Notes under the pieces: generated by a model | Databases searched by the model: none | What the model saw: only the letters and a program-made list of their open reading frames with translations | What the model was told of the DNA's origin: nothing | NCBI RefSeq assembly: GCF_009834535.1 | Contig: NC_045696.1 | Coordinates: forward strand, 93,684,001 to 93,748,000 | Reading direction: 5' to 3' | Length of the DNA stretch: 64,000 nucleotides | From: Camelus ferus | Taxonomy: Eukaryota | Program-made: the position numbers and the translations under genes | Part shown: positions 38,536 through 53,419 of the stretch, piece by piece | Position numbering within the stretch: position 1 is the first letter of the stretch | How the letters are laid out: each line of letters begins with the position of its first letter

Positions 38536-39819
38536 CGAGTTCCATCTGAGACCTACAGAATCAGTAATGTGCATCTCAACCAACCCCACTTAAATTAAGT
38601 ACTTCTTTTTAAGTATTACTTTTTAAAATGTAAGAAGTACTGCTTTAGCATCTAACCACTAGGAGATGGAGACTAGTTTAAAGAGCAGGGCAAAATTAAT
38701 TATTTCCATTTAATATATATGCCCCATAAAGAACACACATACCTCTTTCCTCTCTCCCTGAAAGAGTGCACCTTCTCTTTTCATTTAAAAAAATAAACTG
38801 TTAAAAATTTAAGTCTGGCATGAGATGTTAGTGTTTCCTATGACATTGTCAGCTTGATAATTGCAAATGCTTAAACCTGCTCTCTGAGTAATTTTTGACA
38901 TTGTTAACTGAAGTGACATAGGAGAAAAACTCACTTTTCATCTCCTATTTGCAGCCTTAAGGCAAAGAGGTAGCCTCATCCTAACACAAAATGACTGTCT
39001 AGATATTTTATATTTAGCTACATCCATTTGTTTGGAGTGGATAGTTCATTACTCACTATTCAGAGACCTAAGAAATTGTTACATTTCTGTCTTTTAAAAA
39101 ACATTTATAATCTTTATTGTTTTATGATTGTAAGGCAATATAATTATTGTAGAAAATTTAGAAATTGCTGATAAGTGAAGAAAAAACACCCACTTGCAAC
39201 CACACATTGTTAACCACTGTTTACATTTTATCATATAAAACTTTAGGCTCTTTCCTAAGCATATATTTTCACTTTTGACAAAAATGAGATCATATTGCAA
39301 GCACTGTTTTGAAATCTGCTTTTCTCCACTTAAGAGTATAATTTTCACCTGATTTAAATTGTTTGATCCATTTGTGTAATTATCTGGTATAGTTTAGGAT
39401 GGCTATGTAGAGTGTGGCTTAAAACTCATTTACGGATGTAAAGTTGTTCTCAAGTATTTAAATTCTTGAAAGTTCAGACTAAGGGAATTTTATTGTAAAC
39501 TAATTTGAATATTTTGTAACACATTTTGTAATCCTCACAGCACATGTTATTTGCTGAAATGAAGTAAAACTGAGCTTTTGAACTGTTCACTCGCCACGGA
39601 TTCAAGGGGATTAGCATTGGATCAAAGCTTGTGTAGAATCCTATAATTCACTCTTTAAGATAAGGATTCTGTCAGTTTTCTCCAAAAAGCTTCGTGGTTT
39701 AAGGCGGCTTTAAGGGCTATGTATTGGAACCGCCTAGTTATGGCTTTAATCTCTTCTACAACTCCTACTGAGTGTTATCCCTTACTTGAAATCAGCTAGC
39801 TGGAAACTTACTACACTTT

Positions 39820-42800
39820 TACAATTTTTACTGTGAACTAATTTTAGAGTTACAGAAGAGTTTTAAAAATAGTATGTGGAGTTCTAATATATCCTCCATC
39901 CAGCCTTCACTAATGTTAACATGTTACATGATGATAATAGGAAACTAATAATTAACTTGTAAACCTTATTTCAGTTTTGCCAGTTGTCCTGCTGATGTCC
40001 TCTTTCTGGTCCAGAATCTAATCCCCGATCCCATACTGTTTTTGTTGACATGTCTCCTCAGACTCTTCCAATCTATAGCAGTTCCACAGTCTTTCTGTGT
40101 CTTACATGACTGGCACTTTTGAAGACAGTCAGCCAGTTTGTTTTGCTTGTTTCTAGTATATCCTTCAGTTTGTAATTGTCATATATTTTCTGTTGATTAA
40201 ATTGAAATTAGGCATTTTTGACAAGAATAACACAGAAGTGATGTTTGCCCTTCCCAGCACATCATAGCAAGTGGTACGTGATGTTGATCTGTCTTACGAT
40301 GGTAATGTAAACTTTGATCACTTGGTAAAGATGATGTCTGCCAGATTTCTCTATCAACAGTTACTATTTTTTCCTTTGTAATTTATAAGTATCTTGTAGG
40401 GAGATATTTTGAGGCTATGCAAATATTCTGTTTCCTATCATACTTTTTTGCCCACTAATTTTATCATTAATTGATGAATCTTGCCTGCAGCAATTATTTT
40501 GTGAAGGTGATTTTCCATTTCTATAATTCCTTCTGTGTTTATTATTGGAATTCTCCTATAAGAAAAAGTTCTCTCTTCTGTTTACCTGTTTATTTATATC
40601 AGTGTGAGATCATAAATATTTATTTGAATCTATAGGTTATAAGCCATACTATTTTTATTTTATTACTTCAGTTACCTTAAATCTGGCCATTGGGAGCCTC
40701 TTCAGATTGATGCCTTTATCCATTCAACAATCCAGCCTCATCTTTTTTAGCATTTCCTTACTTTTTAGCAGTACAAGATATTCCACCCTCATCTTGTATT
40801 TCCCCTGATCCATCCCTAGAATCAATCATCTTCCTAAGCAGCTGTGGTTTCTTTTATTGGAGAATAGGATTTAGAAACCAATATTCAGGTACTAGGTACA
40901 TGATTGCTACTGAGGTGTCTTGTTTCTAGACCCCATCATTGGACAGATCTAGGAAATACATATATGTATGCTCATGTATACATCTGTCACTTTCTCTGTA
41001 TGAATCATTTAAAACCATGAGTTTATACTGAAACCTTCAAGTCTAATCAAATACTTCAGGATTCATTCATGCCCTTCCCTTTTTTTTACTTGTTACTTCT
41101 TCTGACAGTGAGAAAACTGGTTCTCATTCTCTACAAATATATGTACTTATCTGCTCAATCCTGGTATACATATAAAGTAGTTCTAGCATTGCTAACCCAC
41201 AACACTGTGGGAAAGAATACTAACTAAAATATAGTAGTTATGTATAGTTCTTTTTATCTTTAACTTTATCATTTATAGTCACAATACAACCTTCCACATT
41301 TAGTTAGGTTAGTTATTTTCATTTCTATTCCCTTCATTTTGTATTACATTTTGAGTTCCTCTCACATGCTTTTTCATTTTGATTATTTATGTTTAAATAT
41401 GTGAAATATGATCATGCTTCCAAGAGTCAGAACTACAGAAAAGTATATTTTCCTCCCTCATTCCTTTTTTCCTGTTCCCATTTTCCCATTCTTACTACCC
41501 TGTTCTCACCTATCCCCTGTAAGTAGCCAACCTTGTAGTGTCTGGTTTAATCTTACTGTATTTCTTTTTGCACAATGAGTAGATACATGCATATCTTCTT
41601 ATATCTTCTTCTTCCTTACATATACTCTTTGACATTTTGCTTTTTTCACTAAATAATATATCCTAGAAGTCACTCTATATCAGCTCATAGAGATCTTTCT
41701 CATTCTTTTTATAGCTGCACAATAACCCATAGTGTGAATACTATTGTTAATTCAACCACTCTTATATAGACCTTTAAATTATTTCTAATATTTTGCAATT
41801 AAAAACATTATTGCAGTGAATAACCTTATGCATATATATTTTCATGTTGTTGGAAGTACATTTTTAGGATAAATTCCTAGAATTAGAATTTCTGGGTCAA
41901 AAATGTAATTTTGTGAAAAATAGTCATAACAGTTTGCACTGCCTCCAGCAATGTATAATAGAAGATTCTTTTCCCTCCCACCTCAGTAATAAAATATATT
42001 ATCATGCTTTTTAATTTTCACCAGTCTGATAAAAGAGAATTGCTATCTGAGGATTGTTTTAAATTATATTTATGTAATTATAAGTGAGTATGAATAATTT
42101 TCATTTGTTTAAGGGCCTTACCTCTTTATTTTTTGTAAATTGTCTATTTTTATCTTTTTCCCATTTTTCTATAGTGTTTTTGTCCCTTTATTCTTCAATT
42201 TTTAAAAGTTCTTTATCTATTAGGAAAAATAGATCTCTGTGGTATATATTGCAAATATTTTTCCCAGTTTGTCATTTGTCTTTTAACTTTATGTGTAATA
42301 TTTTTTGGCAAGCACAGTTTTAAAAATTGTTTATAGTAAAATCTATCAATCTTTTATTTACTTGCCTCTGGATTTTGAGTCACAGTTGGAAAGTCAGCTT
42401 TAAATGGAGTTCACCCAAGTCTTCTTCTAGTACTTGTATGGTTTCAATTTTTACATTTAGATTCCCAGATCCATTTGGAATTTATTTTTGTATTTGGTGT
42501 AAGATATGAATATAATTTTATCTTTTTCCAAAAGTTTATGTATTATTTTTTAAAAGAATTCTTTATAAGTCAATTATTACCCTCAGTGTTTTGAGATATA
42601 ATTTTTATCTTATGCTAAATTTCCATATTTACCTGGGTCTGTGTCTGGATTTTCTGTTCTTTTCCACTATTTGTCTATTCATGCACTGGTATCTCACTAC
42701 ATTAATTAGAGAGGCTAGTATATTATCATGAATTTTAATATCTGATAGTCCCAGTCTCCCCACTCCCCGTATTTTTTTTTTCTTTTTCAGGATTTTTCTT

Positions 42801-43455
42801 GCTATTCTTGCATGTTTGCTTTTCCATCTCCAATTTGTTTTCAACTTGTCTAACTCTGTAAAAAAAAATCTTTATCAAGATTGTGTTAAGTTTATGTTAG
42901 TATGTTAGTTCAGCAAGAACTGACATCTTTGTAATGTTAATTTGTCCTATCCACAAACAGGGGGTGTCTTCCCATTTGTTCTAGCCTATTCTTGTACCTT
43001 TCTCCTGAAAGATTTTTTTAAAAATTTCCCTATAAGCTTTACACATTATTAGGTTTATTCCTGAGTATTTGATCTTTATTGTTTTCATTGTAAATGAGGT
43101 TTTTCTCTACCATCATGTCCTCTTACTGGTTATTGTTTGTATATATTAAAGATACTGATTTCTGCCTATTAATACTATATCTGCTACACTACTGAACTAT
43201 TTTATTATTTAAATAAAACCATTGATTATCATTAATTATCTAGGGCTTCCTAGATATACTATCAGATCAGCAACAAATAGAGGTAGTTTTGCCTCTTTAT
43301 CAATTCTTATGCCTCTGTTTAATTTCTTCTTTCTGCTTGCATTGGCCAATACCTCCAGGACAGTGTTGAATAGTGGAAGAGACAGGGCAATCTTGCTTTG
43401 TTCTTATCTTACTGAAAAGTTTCTGATGCTTTCCCATTAAGGAAAATGCTGGTTC
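39820..43455 (-). mobile_element. Old L1 (L1MC-like) 3'UTR and ORF2 remnants, probably several pieces
   Basis: ORF2-like peptide ARIARKILKKK...LGLSDIK (42629-42844, -); antisense RT-region sequence near 43340-43440. Confidence 0.7.
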
Positions 43456-43519
43456 TCACTCTCACTACTTTATAAAAGCAGCTAATTTAATCTTTTGATG
43501 ATGATGATTATGATGATGA

Positions 43520-43740
43520 CTATAATATCTAATACTTATAGAGCACTTGCTACGTGTCACACATAGTACGTATCATTGCTCACTTAGTATTCACAAGGAC
43601 TATCTAGTAGATATTATTACCCAGTTTTACAGATGAAAAAAAAATGAAGAACAGAGAAATGAAGCCTAAAGTCTATTAGAGCCTGGGAGCAAACTCAGGC
43701 CATCAGACTCCAGAGACAGTCCACATATTCACCACCATAA
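43520..43740 (-). mobile_element. MIR SINE
   Basis: TATTATTACCCAGTTTTACAGATGAA...AACTCAGGCCATCAGACTCCAGAG. Confidence 0.65.
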
Positions 43741-43934
43741 CTGCTTCAGAGAGACTGTTTTGATGGTTATCAAATCATTTCTTCCACTATATTGTAATCT
43801 ATTCTCCTCACACAGGCAGATTAATATCACCTGGGGAATCTTTAAAACTGCCTTAACCCACTCACAGCAATTCTGATTTAATTGGTTTGGAGTTAAGATT
43901 CGGGTATCAATGTTTTGTAAAACTTTCTGTGTGT

Positions 43935-45345
43935 GGACATTTGCAAAACACATCATCAACAAAGATCTTATACTTAAAATATGAAATTTATAAAGAACAC
44001 CAATGAATCAATAAGAAAATGACAGACAGCCAAATAGTATATGAGCAAAGGTTTAAACGGGTACTTTACATAAGAGAAAATCCAAATAGCCATAAACATA
44101 TATAAAGGTATACCACATCATTAAGAATATGGAAATCTTTTTAAAAATAGCAATCAGAGACCACTGCACACCCACAGGAACAGCTAAAATTAAAAAAATC
44201 TGACAATGCCAAGAATTGAGGGGAATATAGAACAATAGTAACTCTATATGAGTAATTGCCGGTGGAGTAAGCTGTTAAAACCACTTTAAAAACAGCTTGG
44301 CAGTAGCTAAAAAAGTTAAATATTTGCGTGCCTTAGGCCCCAGCAATGCCATTCTTGGATATACACCCTAGAATTGCACTGTCCAATACAGTAGTCACTA
44401 GTTGCATGTAGCTATTTAAATCTAAATTAAGTTCTAAATTTTTTAAATTTAAAATTCAGTTCCTCAGTTGCACTACCCATTCAAAGTGCTCAATATCCAG
44501 ATTTTACTAGTGGCTACCATATTAGACAGTACAAATATCAAAGATTTCCATCACTGTGGTGCTATTGAACAGTGCTATCCTAGAACATGTTTATATTCCT
44601 GGAGCTCTTTTTGTAATAGCACCAGTATTTAGGGATACACCAAAAGTCCATCAACATTAGAATGATAAATAAATTGCTGAATATTTTTACAATAAAATAC
44701 CACAATCAGAGTGTATTTTTCATGAAGCCAAAGACGCTTAAACTTCAGGCACTTTGCTTGCCCTGATCTCTTCCTAGGCTGGGAGGAGCCCTAGCAATGT
44801 ACTCATATGGACATATGTTTTTTATAAAATTAACGAACACAAGACTTTTCTGTCCTTTTTCTTAACGAACACAAATAATATAAGCTTCAAGCCCCTCAAA
44901 AACTTTTTAAATCCCTAACCAAGAAAAAGAAAATGCAATTTAACATATTAGAGCTGCATAAAATGTGAATGAGTTTTGCAAATATAATGAAAGAAATATA
45001 ACAGAAAATGAGAACACACTCAATGATTGCATTTAATAAAGCTTGAAAGCAGATACAACTAAATTAAATGGTTTAGGGTTACATACAAAAATGGTTTGCC
45101 ATTTTTACTAAAGATACATACAAACTCTTCCTCCCAAAGAAGAGTTGGGAGGTGATTATCACAGAAGTCTGAGCAGTGTTTGTCTTTAGAAAGAGGGTAA
45201 GCATCAAAGTACACACGGGGTCCCCTTGGGTGCTGGAAATGTTCATTTCTGATCTTAGGGAGTGATTATGCTCTTTTATACTCTCTGTTTATTCTTCATG
45301 CTGTCTTGAACATGTGCTACATTTCACAATTTTAAAGAAGTTAAA
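43935..45345 (+). mobile_element. Old L1 (L1ME-like) 3' region with nested DNA elements
   Basis: ACATTTGCAAAACACATC...GACCACTGCACACCCAC...CCCAGCAATGCCATTCTTGGATATA, sense ORF2 C-terminus. Confidence 0.6.
44374..44578. mobile_element. MER3/MER33-like hAT MITE
   Basis: Inverted ends GCACTGTCCAATA and TATTGAACAGTGC; internal CTAGTGGCTACCATATTAGACAG. Confidence 0.7.
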
Positions 45346-45639
45346 AGTAAGTAAAGTTTGTCTAGATGATTCTGATGAGCACCCATTGCCTGAGGCCTCT
45401 CCTCACACCCTGCTTCTGCCTCTTGGGCACACCCAGAACCATTCTGTTACGTCTCCCACTTGCTGTTAAGCTAATGAAATGTGGTTATCCAGTTCTTCAC
45501 ATTGCCATCCTTCCTTATCTATGCTTTCCCCGTGATAAATTAATTTACAGTAGCTCATAGCCCTTTAATCATGTAAAGCCTAGAATCAAACAGACGTTCA
45601 AGTTGTCCTTTCTTCTTCACTCTATGAATATACTTCTCT

Positions 45640-45822
45640 CTCTTTTTTTTAATGCTGATTCTTTTTTCCTTTAATTATTCAGCTTATTATTTATTTACTT
45701 ATTTATTTTGGCAGGGGAGAGGTAATTACATTTACTTATCTTTAGAGGAGACACTGGGGATTGAACCCAGGACCTTGTGCATGCTAAGCATGTGCTCTAC
45801 CACTTGCACTATAGCCTCCCCC
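45640..45822 (-). mobile_element. tRNA-derived SINE (Vic-1-like) with composite tail
   Basis: GGGGATTGAACCC (reverse B box) ... CTATAGCCTCCCCC; degenerate TSD ATGA(A/G)TA(T/C)ACTTC at 45624-45636 and 45823-45835. Confidence 0.85.
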
Positions 45823-48397
45823 ATGAGTACACTTCACTTAATGCATCTGAAGGTTACTCACTGACTCAGCAGCCATATCACCCTGCTCTGATTTTAACAT
45901 CAGCTGACACCCTTAAGCCCTTTCTGCTCATGCTGCTGCTTAGCCATTTTACACCTTTGTTGTCTGTTGTCTAGACCCAATTATTTCGCCATCCCTGTTC
46001 AGTTTTGTCTTGTTCCATTTAGTCCACTCTTCCATTACTTTCAGTAACCTTTCTAATGCTATAAAAAATGCTTTCAGATGCTGATTTTAAGATCTGACTT
46101 CTAAATTGTAATTCCCAAATTTGTATCACCCATGGACTTAACAAGTCGTCCTTCATGTTTTTATTCAAACTGTTGATTAAAAATGTGAAGCAAGACAGAG
46201 CCAAAGAAAGAGGCCTGCTGTACACTACTAGAAACAAACCCCTCATTTAGTTTGGTTTATTTAAAAATATCTTTAGCATTGTGGTTGCAATAGTTATTAA
46301 TCTCCTTAGTTACCCTTGCAATCAGTATATCTTTACCCTCTCTTGTTCACATGGATATTATTAAGATATTATGAGATGCCATTAATTAGTTAATTTATGC
46401 AATAAATATTACTAATAGAAACACTATGGATGTAAAGATATAAGCTCCCTGCCTTCAGGTTATTCAGAGCCAAATGTAGGAAGCAGACTTTCAAACAGCT
46501 GCACCTCAGTAAGAAAAAAGGGGAGAGAATACAGACAATGCATTTTTAGACCATGTAGGATGTGCAGTTAAGTCCAGTAACCCTGAGGAAGAAAGGAGTT
46601 TGTCTCATAAGACATCTTAGTGAACTCATACTGTTTCATCTTAAATCTTTTTTTCTTTTTTTTTCCCCCTTGGCTCTCAAACTCTCCTTTCATCAGTAAA
46701 TCTTAGAAACTTCCCAGGAATTGGTATAAATTTCACTTGTCTAGTTTGTTGATTTCATTTCTTCTCATTTGAAAAATGAGAAACATTTGCACATTTCCGA
46801 TGTTCAATTTCCCATTTGCTTAAGCCATGTTTATACAGCACCTTTCCCTAGTAACTCTGAGTGTGATTCTTTTGAGGGAGAAATATTACACTACTGCAGT
46901 AGCATGTTTCTCTCTTATGTCTTGCTTTAAATTGTATTTCCTTTATCCTCTCAAGTATTTTTTTATATATTTTAAAATTATTTTACAAAGGACACAAGCA
47001 AATTAGGATCTGAGGATATCTGCTTTTTCTGCATCATCCCTTCACTTGATGGCATTGGCTGTAAGCAGTGGCCCACTTCTTTCTTTGATTTTCTGACCTG
47101 AACATGTTTCCAAAGGCCTTTTTTGTTGCCCTGAGTATTTTCACAAGCTGCAGATCATTTTCTTCATTTATCCTTCCAACTACTGATCTTTCCATCTTTG
47201 GTGATGAGTCATTTATTCTATAGGTCCTCTTAAGCCTGACCTGCACTGAATTTTTAAGATGCAATCTTTTCTTCTTTAACTGCATCACTTATGATTACAT
47301 AGCCAGAAATGTAATTCTGATGCTCATATCTGGGTTTATTTTTTGGTGGTTTTATTTTTTCAAATTAGGCTTATGAAAGTTTCAAGGTACACAGATGACT
47401 ATGTCCAAGTTTTCTCTCCCAGATAGTATGTATTCTAGGAATTAACAATCATTTTTCTCTTTATATGTCCAGCTCTTCCAATTTTGCCAATAATTTCCCC
47501 TTGTTGGTCAGAATTAGAATCTAAGAAACTGAACCTTTTTACCCCCTGTACTCTCTGTGAGGTGAAACTATCGGCAAAGCAAGGCAAAAATACGCTAGAT
47601 GATCTGCTTTATATTTAAAAATACCTTCAAGGAGAATCATCAGAAAGCACTGCCTTGCCTCTGGGCAAACATAGACACTCTGCCTTCATGAATATCCCTC
47701 CATTCAAGAGCCATTTTTCCTGTATCTTAAGCCATGATTTAGAAACCTAAATCCCGTTTACTGGCACTATCTGCAGAGCCAGAACAGTTTTGAAACAACC
47801 ACTAAATTAAAACCACTTACTATCAAGTCACCAATGTGTGATAGTTACCTGTTCTAAGCCATATAGGAATAAAAGGGGAAAAACTTTTAAGAATTTTAGA
47901 AAATAACTAATTGCTGTTTGCATTTCATCCTTCGAAGAAAGATAACTTTTGAACCAGCCCTCTCTTCCCATGAATCAGACAGCTCTATGTGGTGAAACGA
48001 GGGCTCAAACATGTGGATCATCCTGTGAAGAAACAGAAATTTAGTAGTATTTTAGTGTAAAAGTCCAGGAAGTATCTTACCAACATCCATTCATTTTGGA
48101 GCAGGCATCACTCTAAACACAATGACATTTAATATTCTTTGTTTTTATCATGGATTATAGCGTGTTTTCACTCTACCGCTGATTAGTTTCTAAGGGATGC
48201 TGTGGGTAGAGCAAGGGCTTGGGAAACAGGCACGTCCAAGTTTCCTTGCCTCTACCTTTCTGGCCTCCTGTATCCTCACAGATAATACAGGAAAATAATA
48301 AAACTGATGCTGTGAAGGTTAGATAAGATAGTGCATACCAAGTACTAATTTCAGTGTGTGATGCACAATAAGCACACTCATTTGATACTATTATGTT

Positions 48398-48690
48398 ATT
48401 CATTCGTTGATTCATTCAGCAGCTATTCAATGAATGCATACCACATGTCAGGCACTATGCTTGGTGCTGGTGACAGAACATTTAACAAAACAGGCATCCT
48501 CTCTGTCATCATGGCGTTAATTCCTAACATAGAAGACAAAAATTAAATAAATGAGTATTTAATGTGTAGAGGGTATAAGAAGAATGTCTAACTGAAAACC
48601 TGGGAAAGGCTTGCCAGAATGTAAGGCATTTATTTAAATAGAGACCTGAAGAACAAGCAGGATTCAGCCATGCAAAATGGGAGAGAACAG
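48398..48690 (-). mobile_element. L2 3' end
   Basis: TTCATTCGTTGATTCATTCAGC...ATGTCAGGCACTATGCTTGGTGCTGG. Confidence 0.65.
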
Positions 48691-49794
48691 GCCCAGGAAA
48701 AGATCTGTCAGACTCCGAGGGCTATCTTCTTTGCATAATTCCCTCATCTCTATAATCTTACAATAAAGGAAGGAGGAAGATAGACAGACATCCTAAATAG
48801 ATTCCCCAAATCTACTGAGTAGCTTTAAATTTCTCTCAAAGGCATTCAAGATTATCTGTAAAACACTCCAGGATTTTTATATAGATAGAGCATCAGAATG
48901 ACAATCTTATAAGAGGGACATCTAGAGGACTTTAATGTGGTGCTTAACTCTCTGGTTGTGTTAAGCGGTGGTAAACTCACTGGTTTCCACTGGAGAGCAG
49001 ATTTATTGACATGGCTTTGGAAGCATCAGTGAAGAATACTGGGGAGACTATGAAGACCATCCCCTAGATTGTCCGTTTGCACAACCACTGTAGATTTCAT
49101 GAAATCATCTAAGACAAGTATTATAACTTTTCTTGCCCTTAGTAAGCTTATAGGAGCACTACGAGAATTTAATATTGTGATATCATTAATTTCAAATACA
49201 TGAAACCATTTACACATGAATATGATTATAGTAATATAAAAACATCAAGCAGAGAAACTTCTGGATATGTATGTATGTCATATAGTAGGGACTCTGATGT
49301 ACTGTTGAATTAATGAACAAATGTCAGTGACAGTAATTGTGTTTCCAGTTGGATTGTGGAGGTGACTTAGGTGTTTGTGATGGAGTTACTTTCCTGTTTT
49401 CTGCTAAAGAGAACTCAGAGTGTCAAATGGCAAGGACTTCTTAACAATAGTGCCACAAATATACCTCAGGCAATGCCTTCAAATACCTCTAACAGTCTTC
49501 CTGAGCAAAGAGACCATCTAACTCTGGACCAGAGGAAAGCTGCCAACAAGTCTGGAAACACTCTATGGGGATTTTGATTCCAACATGGAAAGTTAGGTTT
49601 CAGGAGGGATTTAGGATCAAGACAGGCTCCAGGATGATTAGAAACGAGGAATTCAAAACTAGCCTTTGGTTTATAAAGACGATATTTATTACACTAAGTG
49701 ATAATTGGCAATTTTTAAACATTTATGGGAGAAGATAGGTTATAGCTTACTTTTTTTAATCTTCAAAATATAAACTTTATAGTAGCATTTATTC

Positions 49795-49934
49795 TTTTTA
49801 TTTTTTTTACATTTTTTATTGAGTTATAATCAGTTTACAATGTTGTGTCAATTTCCAGTGTAGAGCACAATTTTTCAGTTATACATGAACATACATATAT
49901 TCATTGTCACATTCTTTTTCTCTGTGAGCTACCA
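49795..49934 (-). mobile_element. Truncated young L1 3' end
   Basis: Similar to 20605-20740; TSD CATTTATTC at 49786-49794 and 49935-49943. Confidence 0.8.
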
Positions 49935-50716
49935 CATTTATTCACTTTTTAATGTTACTTAAACTCCACTTTTACATGAGAATTATAGTTTTGTACAAAG
50001 GTGAGAAAAAAAACCATTGTAGCCTGAATATTTGACAAGATATTTACATTATAAATACAAACTTTGACTTATGTTTAATAAGCCTAATCTCTGGAGAAGT
50101 ACCTAATAAAGAAAAATATCCTAAATCCAGCCAGTGATTCTCAACTCCATCTGGACATAAAAACTACATGAGATGTTTTTAAGAAATATCAATACTCAGT
50201 CCCCACTTCAAACCAACCAAAAGAGGATCTCAGCTGGTTGGCTCTAGTATTCAATGTATTTTAAAATGTTGATTCCAATGAGCAGCTTAGGTTGAGCACC
50301 ACTTTCATTTTACAAACCAAATTCAGAAAGTAATGAGAACTGCCCCAGTTGTAATTAATCCCTTCCTCTGCCTCTTACTTCCACTGGAATAACGTTCAGC
50401 TCTGTAAGTGGGATGAGACATCATTTCATTCTTTAATCTGAAGAAATGGTGAGAACTAAACAGGATTGACTTGATCCAGTCATTCTTCAGTTGGCCAAGT
50501 CAGTGAAGTGCTAATAACTGTATCTCTGGACAAATGACATTGCTTCCTCTGAGTCAGTTCGTACATTGATGAGATGAATCACGGCCACTTTTAATTATTT
50601 AAGATCCAAGAGCATATAGGGAAATACCTGGGCCTTTGAACTTGTCATTTCAGCCAAATTTCAATTTTAGTAATTATGTTCTGCTTACCTCATTTCCCCA
50701 TGATACTTCAAGGTTG

Positions 50717-50809
50717 TTCTTTCTTTCTTTCTTTCTTCTTTCCTTCCTTCCTTCCTTCCTTCCTTCCTTTCTACTTTCTTCCTGTCTGTTCTTTTTTCTT
50801 TTTCTTTTT
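50717..50809. repeat. (TTTC)n/(TTCC)n microsatellite
   Basis: Directly visible. Confidence 0.85.
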
Positions 50810-51974
50810 AAATTACACCCAAGGCTTCCTGTTCTCAGTTGTGTATACTGGGAAACCATGATTTCAATTCAGATACAAATAGAAATAAACATTCTAAATG
50901 ATATATTTTTTAGGTTAGGGTAAAAGGCCATAAAAATAAACAAGAAAAATATCATAGATGGATGAAATGGACACAATTTTACCTAACCCCATTAAGCAGC
51001 TTTCTTCCCCAGTGAGTCTTTAATTCAGAAAGTAAAAATTCTTCCTTTTTAAATCCTTTGAGAAAATCTGGATGAAAAGAAAAAAGGTGCTTTAACTTCC
51101 CTAATCATAATCTTAATTGTTATTTTATATCACTTCACAATGTATAAAGAACTTTCACATATATTGCCAAATCTTATCTTACCTCTAGACAGTCACAGAA
51201 GATGTCTTCATCTGCTTTGAAGGATAAATAAATTGAAATGAGATTAACATTCCAGTGGTGTGAATATAAACCTAGATATATAACTATACAGGTTTATAAT
51301 AAATTTTACTGATATAAAGGATATGTAGCATACAATCTTGTTACAAGTAATACTAAAATGGACACTACTCTTTATTGTAAATCCCAAACAACCACTTGAT
51401 TTTCACAGAACACTTTCACTGATTTTTGGCAAAATTTAAAATCCATAGCCAACCTATAGTTGCAATTGACAAATAGATGTATTCCTAATATGAATATTGG
51501 TTAATATTCTCATACATTAATGAGTAAGATGAAAGTGAAACAACAAAAACATATGTTATCTTTTGTTTGTCAATGATATAAGAAACCTTATTGAATGAGA
51601 TAATAGTTTTCAATTTTCTGTGATCTTCATAATGTAATGGTTATGGACAAGACACATTTTTAATTCTAATATGGTTTATTAATATTTTCTACATGACTTT
51701 CTTAAGTCCAGGCAATTAATAAAACAAAAAAATCAATCACTGATTTGTAGCATTTGCTAACTTACATGGTATGAATACTCACACTGTGGCTGATTTCAAG
51801 ATACCAATGCAACATCACTGAATGCAGAGTTAGGAGGAGATGTGCAGTAGCACACTGTATAGTATTTCCAACGTACAGATACAATAGATATAAATAACCT
51901 CAAAAGCATATATGATAACAAAATGTAATAAAATAAATGGGAAGTGGTGAGTTTGGGATGTAAGATAAGCTCAA

Positions 51975-52062
51975 GGATGGGGAATATAGCCAATATTTTG
52001 TAATAAATGTAAATGGAAAGTAACCTTTAAAAATTGTATAAAATTTTTTAAATTAAAAAAAA
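51975..52062 (+). mobile_element. Short L1 3' end
   Basis: GGGAATATAGCCAATATTTTGTAATAA...AAATGGAAAGTAACCTTTAAAAATTG and A-tail. Confidence 0.6.
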
Positions 52063-52091
52063 TCTATTTCTCAAAAAGTCACAAAACAAGA

Positions 52092-52093
<2 letters not shown>

Positions 52094-52144
<51 letters not shown>

Positions 52145-52151
52145 TATATAT
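52094..52151. repeat. (AT)n(AC)n compound microsatellite
   Basis: About 20 AT units, then CA units. Confidence 0.95.
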
Positions 52152-53419
52152 TTGAGCATAGATATTTATAATTAAGAACACTTTTTTAGTTATATCATAA
52201 AAATATAAATTCCTAAATGGAAACAATAACATGTGGCCTCCACTCTTTGACAGTTTATTAGCTCCTTGATTTTGTTTTTTAGTGTTTGTTACCTGATTTA
52301 TAAATATATATGTATAATATAATGTGTAATAATATATAATAAAGGTGACAATAAGCTACATTGGTCTCACACTAAAAGATTCCCTAATAAGAACTAGAGG
52401 TTAATCTGAACTAAAAAATTAAATTTAATTTATAAGTTGAAAATCATCTGGGCAACACTTTTAAAAAATCTGCTTGGACTGAAATGTTCTAGTGAGAACA
52501 TTATAGAATTCCTCAAAACTAGACACACGTTAGCACATTTATAATTCTTGATAGTAGCTGCCCCTATCTGAGCCCAAGGACGGGAAAAGTATTAATAGTC
52601 AAGAAATATACAACTTTCAAATATTAAATGAGTATTTTGAAGCCCTTGGCTGTGTTTTCCTATCAAAAAATTACTTTTACATGATTTCCTGCTTTCCTAC
52701 TCTGGTTTTTTGGCTATTTTCATCAAAGTTTGGAGAATGTTACCTTTACTTGACAGAGTATATAATTTTGGGGGTATCCATGGTTTTAGTCTTGCTCTAG
52801 AAATTACTAAGCAATCTGATTTTAAAGGTATTTCCCCAAATACCTACCTCCTATCTATATATATATACTTTTCTATTCGCATCTTAAGAATAAGTCAGTT
52901 CTTTGAGAGTATTCTTTACTTGCTTTTTTAGGTCAGTATCTTTAGGTCCATTTTAGCTTCCTAGCAGGCTAGTCTCCCAGCACTCACTTTTCCTCTAAAA
53001 TATTCCAACTTTTAGAATTTCTTCCTTATTATAGTTTGACATATGTGAATTATAGACTTACTGATCTAAGATAATATATTTCAGACTTGCAATGTGTGAA
53101 AAAGTACTTACTTCTTTTACAAAGCGAAAATGGAGGAGTCAGCTTGAAAAATAGACAGAAACTGCTTATTGGAGATTTGGAATATTAGTTAGAAGACAGT
53201 TACCATAAGGCCTCTGGCAGGTGACTAGTTAATGCTAATCAATGAACATCAGCATTTCTGTATAATTGGAATGTTTAAAACATTTAGATTTGGGCATAAG
53301 CTTTACAGTATGTAAAACGTTCTTCCAGTTGTATTCTAGAGTAACTCATATTTGTGAATTTAGTTGTTAATCTAAATTGGCCATTTCATCTGTTTTCTGG
53401 GACATCTTCTGTTGTCTAA

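Noticed and set aside
1893..45822. tRNA genes at 1893, 15361, 31292 and 45822
   Set aside because: A-rich tails, TSDs on three of the four copies and decayed stems identify them as tRNA-derived SINEs
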